Shown here: piece by piece, positions 52,376-64,000 of the stretch
How positions within the stretch are numbered: position 1 is the first letter of the stretch
Layout: the number at the start of each line of letters is the position of its first letter
Origin: Laetmonice hystrix
Lineage: Eukaryota
Direction of reading: 5' to 3'
NCBI GenBank assembly: GCA_965235115.1
Contig: OZ249436.1
Span: 7,006,001 to 7,070,000 of the forward strand
Length of the DNA stretch: 64,000 bases
Position numbers and translations under genes: made by a program
The notes under the pieces: model-generated
The model's database searches: none
Told to the model about the DNA's origin: nothing
The model's input: only the letters and a program-made list of their open reading frames with translations

Positions 52376-54866
52376 CCACTTGAAACAGGATACTATGGGC
52401 TGGTAGCTATTCCACACATCAGTTGCCACGAGGTCTAATCAATTTGATTGGCATAAAATATTGAGGTCACTGTCTGCTCACTTTCCCCGTGAAATTACAA
52501 ATCGGGAATCTAACAGGAATAAAAAGTATCTCTTTAAACTATGAAAATAATTACAGAAACAGCAACATATCAAGGTGAAGCAGTCCATCAAAACTGACAA
52601 AAAATGAAGAATTTTCACCATTTTTAATGACCTACAAGCAAACACATAATCCCCGCAGTAAGTTTAGCACAGCATTATCATAGCCCAAAATATACCATCG
52701 ACCCTCATTTATCTAAAGCAGCTTTGGTAGCCTTAGGTTGTCCTAGCTCTGAACAACACCGATTTATTCTAAGAACCTGTAACTAAGCTTACTTTCCCAA
52801 CACACAAAAAAACATATAAACCCTTACTGAGGTGTTGAATGACACTTGACACGAATTCTTTACTTTTATTGTAGCCATAAAGTGAAGGCCCTTAAAAAGT
52901 CATATTTGTATCAGACTCTATGATCTTTCACATACTTGGCACTCGTCATTAGCATAAGCCTTTGTTGGACTTCAAGTGCGAGGTGTCTGATAAAGGAATA
53001 TATTAATCACCTGACCCCAGTAACCACAAACTGCTAGCCGGGGTCATCAAAAGGCGATGTTGGTTTCCCTTAGCCTCATTACATCCATAAAGGCCCAGCT
53101 TAAACAGTTTCTGATACTCTCAGAATGAGCTGATCCCTTGCAATAACAAGTTTTTGGGCGGTGGCTGTTTACCCTAAACACCCACACCTTTGGGATATTT
53201 ATGTTCCTGATGATGGTACATATAATAGCGGTGGGCAGTGAGACACCAGCGCATTATGAGTGAGGGTGGCTGGGTACGCCCACCATCTGCCCTGCCAAGT
53301 TCAGGGACTGTCACACTAAGGCCTCCCGACACCTGGTGAGTAAAACAAGTCACCAGGGACTGACAGACTTCAAAGGGCTGTGAGGATTCCAACAAGGCCT
53401 TTGATGATGTTAAGTGTCCGGCCCTAGAGGTGATGTAACACTCGCTTACAGACACTAGACGCGCTGGGCTGTCTGACCGGATCATCATTATACACTCCCC
53501 ACCACTCTTCAGCTTGGCTCATCAAATATAATTCCTTCATCTGATTGGTCCAGCATTACAATCATCCCCTGCTAAGTGAAAATAGGTCATGAACACTAAA
53601 CTTTAATTAATTTATTCTATCATATTAGAGGGCATTTTTACTGATGTCCATCATAAATCGCTTCTGATACAATGTCCCCGATACTATTTTTATATGAATT
53701 CCAAAGACACTTGGACACTTACTCACACTGGCTACGAAACACAGGGTGGCGTTTTCTACCCAACCTTACAAATATATTATATTGTTTTCACAAAAAAAAA
53801 ACGTTTTCCTGACTTAGTCCGGTAATCTGATCAAGTGAGATGGCCTAAGTTAGTCGTGTCAAAGACAATCGCTTGGTAATGATTTGAATAGCACCTACCT
53901 GCTCTAATTACAGTGAGTACATGGCTGTAAATTATAGTGACAAACAAACAGTAACACAGCCAACCTGCACCTGCTGACGGTAAACGGATGTGCTGTACCT
54001 TTCACAACACAATCAACCGACATATCTGGTTACAAACTGTTAGCGTAACCTCATTATCATAACAGAACCCTGTAATTTCTGACGCCAGTTCAAAAACCAC
54101 AAACTAGAATTTGTCAAGTGGAGCATAAACTCAGCTGTTCGCTGTGTCTCAGGGGCGAAGGCACGTCACATTAATCTTCCTGTTCGCGCACTGTTCAATG
54201 CGTCAGAAAAATACCATTGAATCTAATGGAAATTAAACTTATATTTTGCAATGCAGTCAGGGTTTTGGGAAGAAGTGAGGCGTTCAGCCATCTGGCAGAC
54301 ATCATGGTGGTTTCTATGAGACGGCGACATTTGCGAGGTGACAACAAGAGCTCCCATCCCTGAAGTGTCGTAAACGGCCGCTAAATTTCCATTCTCTTCA
54401 ATTACGTTGACCGGAATGTGGCATCATTTGAAACAATTGGATGAATTTCAAGTGAAAGCTTGTGAAATGAGGTGCAAAATCAGCTGTCTGTTTGTCTCCA
54501 TGGTCGCCTCTGCTGTCCTAGTTGTGAGTTTAATTAAAGGCAGGCCTCGCGGTCTGGTGATTGTTTCCTTACGACATTCTCAATTGTCCATGACAGCATC
54601 TGGTGGGCATAGAAAACCACTCAATTGGTGGTCGAGTGTCTGTGGTTGTATGAAACGGATGTTTCCCTGCAGAAAATGCCAACATATGGGGTGTCATCAC
54701 TGAAAGCCCTTCCTTTAACAGATCAGGGTACTGGCACCTGGCTGGGGTCAAGGGTTTGTTGAGAGCAGTTATCACTTGTTTATATCCAGAGAGCAGTCAC
54801 ATATTGTTCAATCAAGTATCTTGACATCTGCCTGGTCATAGATATAGGTTCACATATTACTGTCAA

Positions 54867-56040
54867 CAAGGTTTACTTGATAAACGTTGTCCTAGTATGC
54901 TACCACTCAAGGTTTACTTATAAACGTTGTCCTAGCACCACTCAAGGTTTACTTATAAACGTTGTCCTAGTATGCTACCACTCAAGGCTTACTCATAAAA
55001 GTTGTCCTAGCACCACTCAAGGTTTACTTATAAACGTTGTCCTAGCATGCTACCACTCAAGGCTTACTTATAAACGTTGTCCTAGCATGCTACCACTCAA
55101 GGCTTACTTATAAAAGTTGTCCTAGCATGCTACCACTCAAGGTTTACTTATAAAAGTTGTCCTAGCATGCTACCACTCAAGGTTTACTTATAAAAGTTGT
55201 CCTAGCACCACTCAAGGCTTACTTATAAACGTTGTCCTAGCATGCTACCACTCAAGGTTTACTTATAAACGTTGTCCTAGCATGCTACCACTCAAGGTTT
55301 ACTTATAAAAGTTGTCCTAGCATGCTACCACTCAAGGTTTACTTATAAAAGTTGTCCTAGTATGCTACCACTCAAGGTTTACTTATAAAAGTTGTCCTAG
55401 TATGCTACCACTCAAGGGTTACTCATAAAAGTTGTCCTAGCACCACTCAAGGCTTACTTATAAAAGTTTTCCTAGCATGCTACCACTCAAGGTTTACTTA
55501 TAAACGTTGTCCTAGCATGCTACCACTCAAGGGTTACTCATAAAAGTTGTCCTAGCACCACTCAAGGCTTACTTATAAAAGTTTTCCTAGCATGATACCA
55601 CTCAAGGTTTACTTATAAACGTTGTCCTAGCATGCTACCACTCAAGGGTTACTCATAAAAGTTGTCCTAGCACCACTCAAGGCTTACTTATAAAAGTTGT
55701 CCTAGCATGCTACCACTCAAGGTTTACTTATAAACGTTGTCCTAGCATGCTACCACTCAAGGGTTACTCATAAAAGTTGTCCTAGCACCACTCAAGGCTT
55801 ACTTATAAAAGTTTTCCTAGCATGATACCACTCAAGGTTTACTTATAAACGTTGTCCTAGAATGATACCACTCAAGGGTTACTCATAAACGTTGTCCTAG
55901 CACCACTCAAGGCTTACTTATAAAAGTTTTCCTAGCATGATACCACTCAAGGTTTACTTATAAACGTTGTCCTAGAATGATACCACTCAAGGTTTACTTA
56001 TAAACGTTGTCCTAGAATGATACCACTCACGATTTACTTA
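54867..56040. repeat. Minisatellite N, about 30 units of 40/35 bp with a 115-bp higher-order repeat in its 3' half
   Basis: Unit AAACGTTGTCCTAGCATGCTACCACTCAAGGTTTACTTAT. The marker GGGTTACTCATA recurs at 55416, 55531, 55646, 55761 and 55876. Confidence 0.98.
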
Positions 56041-58463
56041 GGAGTAAATAATCAAACTAACAATATTCATGAACAAAAGAAAAAACACATGATCAATATA
56101 TCTTTTTCACATTCATATAAGTAAGTCTTCAGAGAAGACTGTATTTTGAACTATCATTCTCCAAACAAAAGAACGAAACTAAAGAACCAAATTGCACCCT
56201 AAAGAATAAAGTTTAATTCATTTCCTTTATGCTACTGAAATATACTGCTGAAAGGTCGTTCGGTACGTGCGACTCACACATTTCACAATTAAAAGACAAT
56301 ATATTCAAATTAATGTCCAGCCTTACTAGAGTTCATCACCAGCACCTGTCACAAAGGGCCACAGAAAAGTTATATTATTGAGATAGCTGTTAGAAACAAG
56401 CACTGATAACCATTCAAGGAACTCATAAATTCAGCTCCTACGCCAGGGCAAGGAGCACTTTCACCCCAACCGCTTCACCTTACACAAAAGAAACAATTTA
56501 AAAATACTTCACCCAAAATTCAACAAGTTCCCTATGCCCCTATGAGTGACATTTGAGAGATGGTGTCAGAAAGGGCCACTCAGTTAGTGACAATGAAAGC
56601 ATCTGTTGGTGATTTCAGTTCGCCAGGAGCTCTCCTAGCCATCGGTTGCCGCATAGATTACGAAGGGTCCCGTCAGAAGTTGCCGGTCCGACTGTGAATT
56701 AAGGTCCCTGACGGGCAATCGCTGCATCTGGTTGATCATTTCATGCCTACCAATTAATGTTCATCAGCAGCCGACATTTGTAAATGGCAGCATCAGTGAG
56801 GAGTAAAACAAAGCGTTTGACGCTGTAGGTGTCTCACCTTGCCATCTGCCTGTCAAGAGAATGTGCAACATGAGAAGGGCGAGCAACACATCTAGCGGTC
56901 ACATCCTTTGAGCCGCCGGCGCAGAAAGCTGTTAATTCGTAATTAGTAAGACAAAGGAAGGTGCAACTGACCCCAGGACGGCCAGGTCCAGCTGGGCTGA
57001 CATGTGGTCAGCTGACAGAGATGAACGGACCTCGGAGTCCAAGATGGGTCACTTGGGATCTCAAACTGTTGCTGTTTCTGTCCCGATGGTGGTAAAACAA
57101 AGCAGTCTCGGCATGATCTATCGTTTGGATGTCATAACAACAGGTACGGTTATAAATTGTTGAAATAAAGGATACATACACAACAGGTCATCTTCAGGGA
57201 CTTTTACCAGTTCAAACAAATGGACAAAATCAGTACATCTACAGAATGTACAGTTTTATCTTTAAAAAATACCCGATAATAAGATGACCTATCTCTGCCA
57301 ACCCTCCACCACGGCATCTGTTAACCCCTCCCTCATCTCACTGCCTTTGTCTAAATACTCCACCCATCCATGCAGGCTTCGTCAGACACTGTCCCAACGC
57401 TGCCCAGCCCTGCGTATACTGAAGTTTCTGTAAGAGCAACATCTGGCAAAACTAAGACCAGAGTTTGACTGACCGAACCATATTTCATGGAGAGTGGACA
57501 GAACCAATACTGAACGTCTGCCCTTAACCTTTACATCGAGAGCCCCCATAAATCTGCCTCGTTCATTTCCAGTTGGATAAATACGTTTTCCGCTGAATAA
57601 TGAAAGGGAATCAAATGTGTAAATGGACTGAAATCGACCTTGATGGGATGCTATATGTCTAAGTAGTGATTTGCAACATCTGCCTAGTTACCTCGGGGGT
57701 TACCTCTACTGGGGAGATAGAATAATCAACCACTCCAGAGGAGAGAAAGATAGGAAATCTCTCACTATGGGGTCTTTTAATCTTTTTATAGGTAGTCCCC
57801 ATCATATTTCTGGTTGTCATTATGCAACCATGTATGGTCTGCATATTGAAAGGAACTTTAAATTACCAATAGAAAAGAATCTATAGAAGTCGATTTTAAG
57901 CAGACGTTTTAACCCCTAGTCCAAAACAGTTTCCATTTTGCACGTAAAAATTGGCCCATCCAGCGTTCTGAACAGACGTAATGTCGATGATCGATATTAC
58001 AAAACTGCTCACAAAGGCACGACAGTGGCGTTAACCACTTTGAAGTAGTGGGACCAAAAGATAATATTTATCTAAAAAGTTTCTTCATCTCTGTGGGACG
58101 TCAGTACGAGTATTATCCACGAGCGTGGTTCGGTATGAAACCTGAACACATGCTAATCGCCATTTTATCTCCATATAGCTCGGGGCATAATCTCACGCTT
58201 TGTAAATGCTTCAATGGATCACGGTCTGAACAGGTCTATAAGGGTGGATTCGAACTTGATACTCGGCGAGCGCTTAATACAATGTAGCTCTCGTCAATTG
58301 TTTAATAAAGCTCCACCCCCTCGAGTCATGCTTCACTGATTGCTCCGACATGATTCTCTCCGTCTGAACGACAGAGTCACAAGGTGCATGCCCAGCAGAC
58401 CTGGCTCATAATTTATTACTTCGCCTCATCGAGGAGGTATACACCAATGATCAGAACTCTCAC

Positions 58464-58619
58464 CTTCTCTTTTTTTCACGAAGCCGACGTGACTCAAAGG
58501 ACTCTGAATCATCACTGATCCGGCGTTTACACCTAATAAACCTCGTGTGAGCCACGTATGTTTTATTCAGACTGAGATCAGAAGAATTCTGTACCCGTTG
58601 AAAAAAGCCTCTACATCAC
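58464..58619 (-). other. Candidate 156-nt exon (147 nt from a second AG, which leaves one frame open)
   Basis: Acceptor AAAAATTCTTTTACTCAG| and donor GAAG|GTGAGA. No homology recognised. Confidence 0.2.
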
Positions 58620-58772
58620 CTGAGTAAAAGAATTTTTAGTTCAAAGGCAAGATGTAAATTTGTGTTCTTGATTCATCCTGCCGTGAATAGTGAAGTGATG
58701 CTGGTGAAGTTCGTCTACAGACTGAAATATCGAGACTGGTATCTTACGGTCCTTCTAAAACCGATTAAACCA

Positions 58773-59317
58773 TTCTCACTGAAGGACCATCATTCTCCAC
58801 TACGTAATTATTCGGCTAGGTGCAATCGTTCATTGAAGGTCTATCAACCTCCACTCCGTAATTATTAGGCTAGGTGCAATCGTTCTCTGAAGGTTTATCA
58901 TCCTCCACTCCTTAATTATTAGGCTAGGTGCAATCGTTCACTGAAGGTCTATCATCCTCCACTCCGCAATTATTAGGCTAGGTGCAATCGTTCACTGAAG
59001 GCCTATCATCCTCCACTCCGCAATTATTAGGCTAGGTGCAATCGTTCACTGAAGGTTTATCATTCTCCACTCCGTAATTATTAGGCTAGGTGCAATCGTT
59101 CATTGAAGGTCTATCATTCTCCACTCCGTAATTATTAGGCTAGGTGCAATCGTTCACTGAAGGTCTATCATTCTCCACTCCGCAATTATTAGGCTAGGTG
59201 CAATCGTTCACTGAAGGCCTATCATCCTCCACTCCGCAATTATTAGGCTAGGTGCAATCGTTCACTGAAGGTTTACCATCCTCCACTCCGCAATTATTCG
59301 GCTAGGTGCAATCGTTC
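58773..59317. repeat. Minisatellite O, about 10 units of 54 bp (CATTCTCCACTCCGTAATTATTAGGCTAGGTGCAATCGTTCACTGAAGGTCTAT)
   Basis: Direct tandem copies. Confidence 0.97.
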
Positions 59318-61329
59318 TTTAAAAGTGTGTATCTATCTATGCATTTTCAATCATAACGGTCTTTGATGGAGGCCACTTTTTCCCGGTTTTCCCCTAATGA
59401 CAGCTTTATATAAGTCCTCATCATTGCCCTTTTTTACCTAACCGACTAACCTCAACAGAAATTGAAAAAAATCTCGAACAAGGCCTTGGATTTACATCCC
59501 CCCCCGGCCCCCATAAAAAAAATCACCAAATCAATATGTAATTCATACATGAACAGCGGATCTCGTTTGCAATAACTATTATGCAGCTGTTTAACTTGTG
59601 CAGCGACCTAGCTGGACCTTTTAATTTCCTGCAGGTGGCCACGTGCAGCAGCACTTAACCTACCTTTGAGCACCTGTACGACAGGTAGGTTCACAACATC
59701 GTTTCAGGCCAACACCTCCCGAACGATCAAAGCCACACGAGGTGTGACTGGCCCACGGTGGCCATTCTACACAACGATACAACACACGTTGATGGAGCTA
59801 CAGATCAGCATCCAGGGATGCAATCAAAGCCACCCAGCCGTAGATTCCTCTCAGACCAGCGCACAATGTCGCTGTCACAAAGCCTAGTCAAGCGTGACAG
59901 CAGTTGCATTGCTGGACACCGAAGGCGACACATACACACGAGTGGTGGGAACAAGTAATCGCGAACAAATAATGAGCAATACGATGGATGCCAGGCCAGT
60001 CCAATTAACCCCAGACCATCCCTTTGACACCACACCTGAATACATACACCCTCCTTTTGATCGCTCTGAGTGACCGCCCGGCACTTGTGACTGGCGATTG
60101 TCAGGGAGTTGTAGACAGCGTTTGATTAAGATGGATATCAGCGTTAAGTAAACACTGCATTCCAAGGGCAAGGACAAGGAATGGTTTGTGTAAATGAAGT
60201 GGAAGTTTCCTCAGATTGATTGTCACAATTCATCATCCTTTATACGACCAAAGATGCTTTCAGTGGGACACACTTTCGTGTTGGGCAGAGTTGAAGGTAT
60301 AAAGCACCCCCTAGTGGGAATCTACTGCACCACTGAAGAGTGGCATCCATAAATCCGTCATAAAATGCCAGGTCAAATAGAGACGGAAAGACTAAATAAG
60401 AAGGTCATGAAAAACGAGTTCACACTTGCTTATACCAAACACCCAGATCATTATACACCTTATATATGCTCTGCTTCTTATACTTAGAACATCCCTATAA
60501 CATAAAGCTATGAAAACTTTGTATTGCTTCAGTATACGTCTTGAATGACCAAAATATTATACACTTGACGACAAAGAAATCCCCATACGAGATCGGTACA
60601 TGTAATATAAATTTACACCTCTTGTAGCCAAAAAACTACCACCAGGTGTCGCTTCCTTAAGATGCAAGCTTGACCTTCAAACAGATATGAAAACGGTTCT
60701 CGTGCAAGAGGTTAAAATGATAGAGGCACCAAGTTTGTCATGTACGACCATAACATTTGGTTGTGTAGGTGAAGCAATCCAGCAGGGAGAGCGACGTGTC
60801 ACGCCTCATCTGACGGCATCATCGTCTAAATCATATCATCTTCACGCAAACCCTCCGCTCAGCTGTGATCTTTGGTAAATGCCGGTAAGTGCCTGCGCCA
60901 GTGCACCAACATTTTCAATTAATCATGCAGGGCAAAACTGCAGTAAACTTACAAACAGCCATAAATCTAACTGTACCATGATAAAGACTGGCGCTATTTA
61001 GGTTGATAGATGGTAAGACCCCTGCAGTCTCCGCCGTCCGCGTTCTCACACTGTTAAAATACATCCCTGAAGCGGCACAATGGAAAGGGTCGATTTGGGT
61101 CTTGTGTAGCGTCCGCCTATCTTCCCACACCATCAATCATCCCCGCTTTCTTGTCTATAAACCTATACCACGCACAAAAAGAAGAATTCAAGGATGTCTC
61201 CTTGCAGAAGGAGTTCATGCATTCAGCGTCACTGGGGTGATCTGTAGTTATGGTCCCGGCTAACAGACAGATTTGTAATTTATTGGTTTGGGATGTCAGA
61301 GTCTATATCGTAGGCAAGTATGATCAAGC

Positions 61330-61580
61330 TTCCTCCCAGAGGCCTCATTACATCATGCATATACACATATCTTCCCTTAGTCCCAAGAATTGACTATTGC
61401 CACTGTATTCCCGAAAGTCTACTTCAGCTATAGATTTTGAAACGGTGGCAGAAATGCAAGCTTTTTCCACCTTTTGACATTTCTGCTCTAGCTCTAGAAA
61501 GGACTTTGCATAACCATGGAGCCCCCTCCAATGTAACATGTACTTATGCGAATAACTTTTAATATACTTCACAATGTAAA
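61330..61580 (+). mobile_element. Possible ancient L2/CR1 LINE relic (region C-terminal to the RT domain)
   Basis: Broken-frame translation gives LVPRIDYC..PESLLQ, FD-ISALALERTLH and MRITFNIL. These appear in the same order as the recalled L2/CR1 motifs xSRLDYCN, FDHITPVLxxLHWLP and RIxFKIL. Highly degenerate. Confidence 0.25.
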
Positions 61581-63229
61581 TTGATATGAACTGTATGAAC
61601 CAGTGATTTAAAGTTACTCGGTAGAGAATAATAGAAGAAGACACAAAAAGATGAAAGTAAACTTCGAAAACTTATAATCAGTTGTTCATCTAGCTATCCA
61701 ACTCCCATGTTCACATACCGATGGAATCACATGTCAAAAGCAAAGCAACTTGACCAACATTATGAGGCACCCATTATATCCAAAGCACATCCCTGTCTGA
61801 ACAATGCCACCATCTTTTTATTATTAAGGACAGTAGAGGTCAAACCTCAAGGTCAAACAAAATGATCACGGACGGCTGAGCACACTGGGTTGAACCCTTG
61901 CACCCAGTCTCAGCGCCTTAATGAGTGTGAATCCCATGGCTAGCACGGAGCGGACATCAGTACAATCAGCTTCTACACGGAATCTTACACTGGCTGTCGT
62001 CTCGTTCCGCTTTGTCATTCTACTACTTCACATCTCGGGATGACTAACGACACAAAACGTGTCCTAGGTCTTTCATTGGGCAGCAACCATCAAAGCCACC
62101 ACAATCTCTCCCTGTAGTTATGGTTGTCTCTGTCTGTGCAGAAAGTGAATTAATCAAGTTTTCCTTTGGCCATGCGTTTTGTACTGACCAGCGCCCAATG
62201 CCTTCATCTGTTTTGTCAGAAAGTCCCCCGGCATTCGCACAGACAATTCTGATTGAGTTCGACAAAAAGGGAGTTAATCAAAGTATCGTTCAAACGGAAC
62301 GGTTTCTACTCGTAAATAGACTGATTCAGCAAGAGCGCTCTGCCCGACAGATTCTATCAATTGAACAATTACCATGTGGATGTTACTGTTTATAAATTTT
62401 TCTAAATAATAATATCGAACCTTTCCTGTCCGATATTTTTTATGCGGAGAGAGGAACAATCGTAAAAAGACACTTCGTATATGTATTTAGATGATGAACC
62501 ATGGATTTCGTCGAATGGGCCTCATATTGGTCCCCTATAATAACTATGTTTCCCTTTTGGAAATCTTAAATCACATGGCTATACACATGTACATACGATT
62601 ATAAGATCGTCCATCTGATTGTTATATTAGGCTGCTACCACGGTACGCTAATATATGTCTAAATTAACTATCTATACTCATCGTGAGAGACAATCAAATC
62701 GGCTCTGTCATCAAAACTCTTGCCTGGAGGCAAAGAAAACATTGCTTCCAATTCAAGTGTGATAAATTCCACCACTCACAAGTTGGAAACACAGTTCGCC
62801 CCTCAGCACTGCAAGCATACCTGGAATCAATACTGATGAAATGATAACTGTTTATGTAATGAAATGAACCGGTATACCTTTTTATCCATCAAAGGTAATG
62901 AAGTGATTAGATTGTTACAAAAACACGATTACCGCTGGCTTGGGCAATGGGTTAATGACTTCACTGTGTTTACATAGGCACACTTCAGCGCTGTGCTGCC
63001 ACTTGATAAAACAAGTCAGAAGTCCTCAAGACAATAGCTTTAACTTGCAAACTGCTGTAATTGTCACTCTGCTCAATTACTACTTGCACGGGCCTCCGAT
63101 AATAATATTAGCGGCAAATGTCTGATGTTTAAAGAGCAGGTTAGCTCCACGGAGGTGTTGCTAAGTAAACATTCACAGAGCAAGCAATGAAAGACAGGGT
63201 TGGCGTGTTGAACTGGTTTAGCGACATGG

Positions 63230-63650
63230 CCGGTGTCGGCGGGATCTGGCGGACAATGCCCGGAGAGTTGCGTTTCGAGCACCAGTGATGGCAGAGTCAA
63301 CAAAGGCGACTGTCGCACCTGGTTGAGGTCGTCGGGCGGAGATCGGGGGGTCGGGCGCGGCCGGCGGGGCGTGGTAGCTTCGGGATGGGTTGGTGAGATA
63401 ACGGACGAGTCACGTGGCGACGTGCCAGAGGTGTAAAAGACCGGTGGACCATGAACAACACACCTCACGTGCGACCACACCCCCACCCAGCCTGGCTCCT
63501 CCTCTGACCCTCAGTCGCCCCTCGGCACCTCGTTACGTGGACACGCAGCCGAGCAGACACTGATTCCTCGCGCTATCCCGCCTCGCTGCACGCACAATAC
63601 ACGCACAGAGCGTGTGCAGCCTGCCCTATCAGGGGCGGGGCTGGGAAAAC
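63230..63650. promoter_or_regulatory. CpG/GC-rich promoter-like island with GC boxes and E-boxes
   Basis: GGCGGGGCGTGG 63363, GGGGCGGGGC 63632, CACGTG 63411 and 63466, GACGTG 63419, TACGTG 63534. CpG density is visibly far above the flanks. Confidence 0.5.
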
Positions 63651-63710
63651 AATGCTTGATGAGGGAACAATTAAAACAATTAAGACCCGCACCACAATAG
63701 GTCTCCTCAC

Positions 63711-63945
63711 CTGAACTGGAACCCAGCGGAATAAAAAACGGTTTTATCTGGCACTAACGACTGCTTCCCTCGCCTCCAGGTGTCGGAATATGCCCACCAT
63801 CTATCTAGAAATCTACAGTTCTGCCGTCTGGGACAACTTTTCAGCGCTATATCATTAATATATCTAGCGAGGGTAGCACCTCTAGGGGGTACAGTGGACA
63901 AAGTCTGAGGCAGGCTTCAGCGCTGCAGGAAGGCTCGAAAAAAAC
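63711..63945 (-). other. Candidate 235-nt non-coding (UTR-like) exon
   Basis: Acceptor GACTATTTTCTAGCAG| and donor CAG|GTGAGG. Stops in all three frames. Confidence 0.2.
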
Positions 63946-64000
63946 CTGCTAGAAAATAGTCATCAATCATAACTAAAATGTAATATTTCAAATCATTAGG

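Noticed and set aside
53256-53335. Plus-strand ATG-to-GTGAGT candidate first exon (MSEGGWVRPPSALPSSGTVTLRPPDT)
   Set aside because: No homology, and no downstream exon was identifiable.
58464-58619. CRGFFQRVQ resembling the nuclear-receptor P-box region CKGFFRR
   Set aside because: It is preceded by a stop codon and lacks the cysteines of both zinc fingers.
535-59317. Tandem arrays as CRISPR-like repeat-spacer arrays
   Set aside because: Units repeat in full with no unique spacers, no cas-like ORFs are present, and the context is eukaryotic.
535-59317. Enrichment of short palindromes in repeat units (GTACC-T-GGTAC, CACCC-T-GGGTG, TAGCATGCTA, AACATGTT) and the 11-mer CTGTACCTGGT shared by arrays A and J
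   Set aside because: By rough calculation about 7 of 16 units should carry a 4-bp-arm inverted repeat and about 2 a 5-bp-arm repeat by chance; I saw about 9 and 3. The shared 11-mer has an expectation of about 0.14 over all array pairs.
61875-61914. 13-bp-stem hairpin with a GGGTTCAACCC B-box-like string
   Set aside because: No tRNA cloverleaf or SECIS signature; at most a decayed SINE head.

Overview
This is eukaryotic (animal-like) genomic DNA of moderate GC, and almost all of it looks non-coding. I recognised no intact protein-coding gene, rRNA, tRNA gene or CRISPR array. The long ORFs in the track are mostly read-throughs of tandem repeats. The dominant feature is 16 apparently unrelated minisatellite arrays (units 19-83 bp, about 9.4 kb, roughly 15% of the window). 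One array has an exact 115-bp higher-order repeat, and two arrays abut directly. Mobile-element remnants include a 534-bp non-autonomous element with 59-bp TIRs, TG...CA ends and a 5-bp TSD (Ginger-like), three GGCGGATCC-type MITE-like elements, a tRNA-headed SINE and weak LINE/transposase relics. Splice-site patterns and an apparent strand skew suggest the window may lie inside the long introns of a minus-strand gene, with candidate small exons and two possible recursive-splice points; this is a hypothesis only. Several compact transcription-factor motif clusters are present, including a CpG-rich promoter-like island at 63.2-63.65 kb. I could not demonstrate a clearly novel biological system. 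The best leads are the array-generating process, the Ginger-like element and the candidate recursive splicing sites. All counts and alignments were done by eye.
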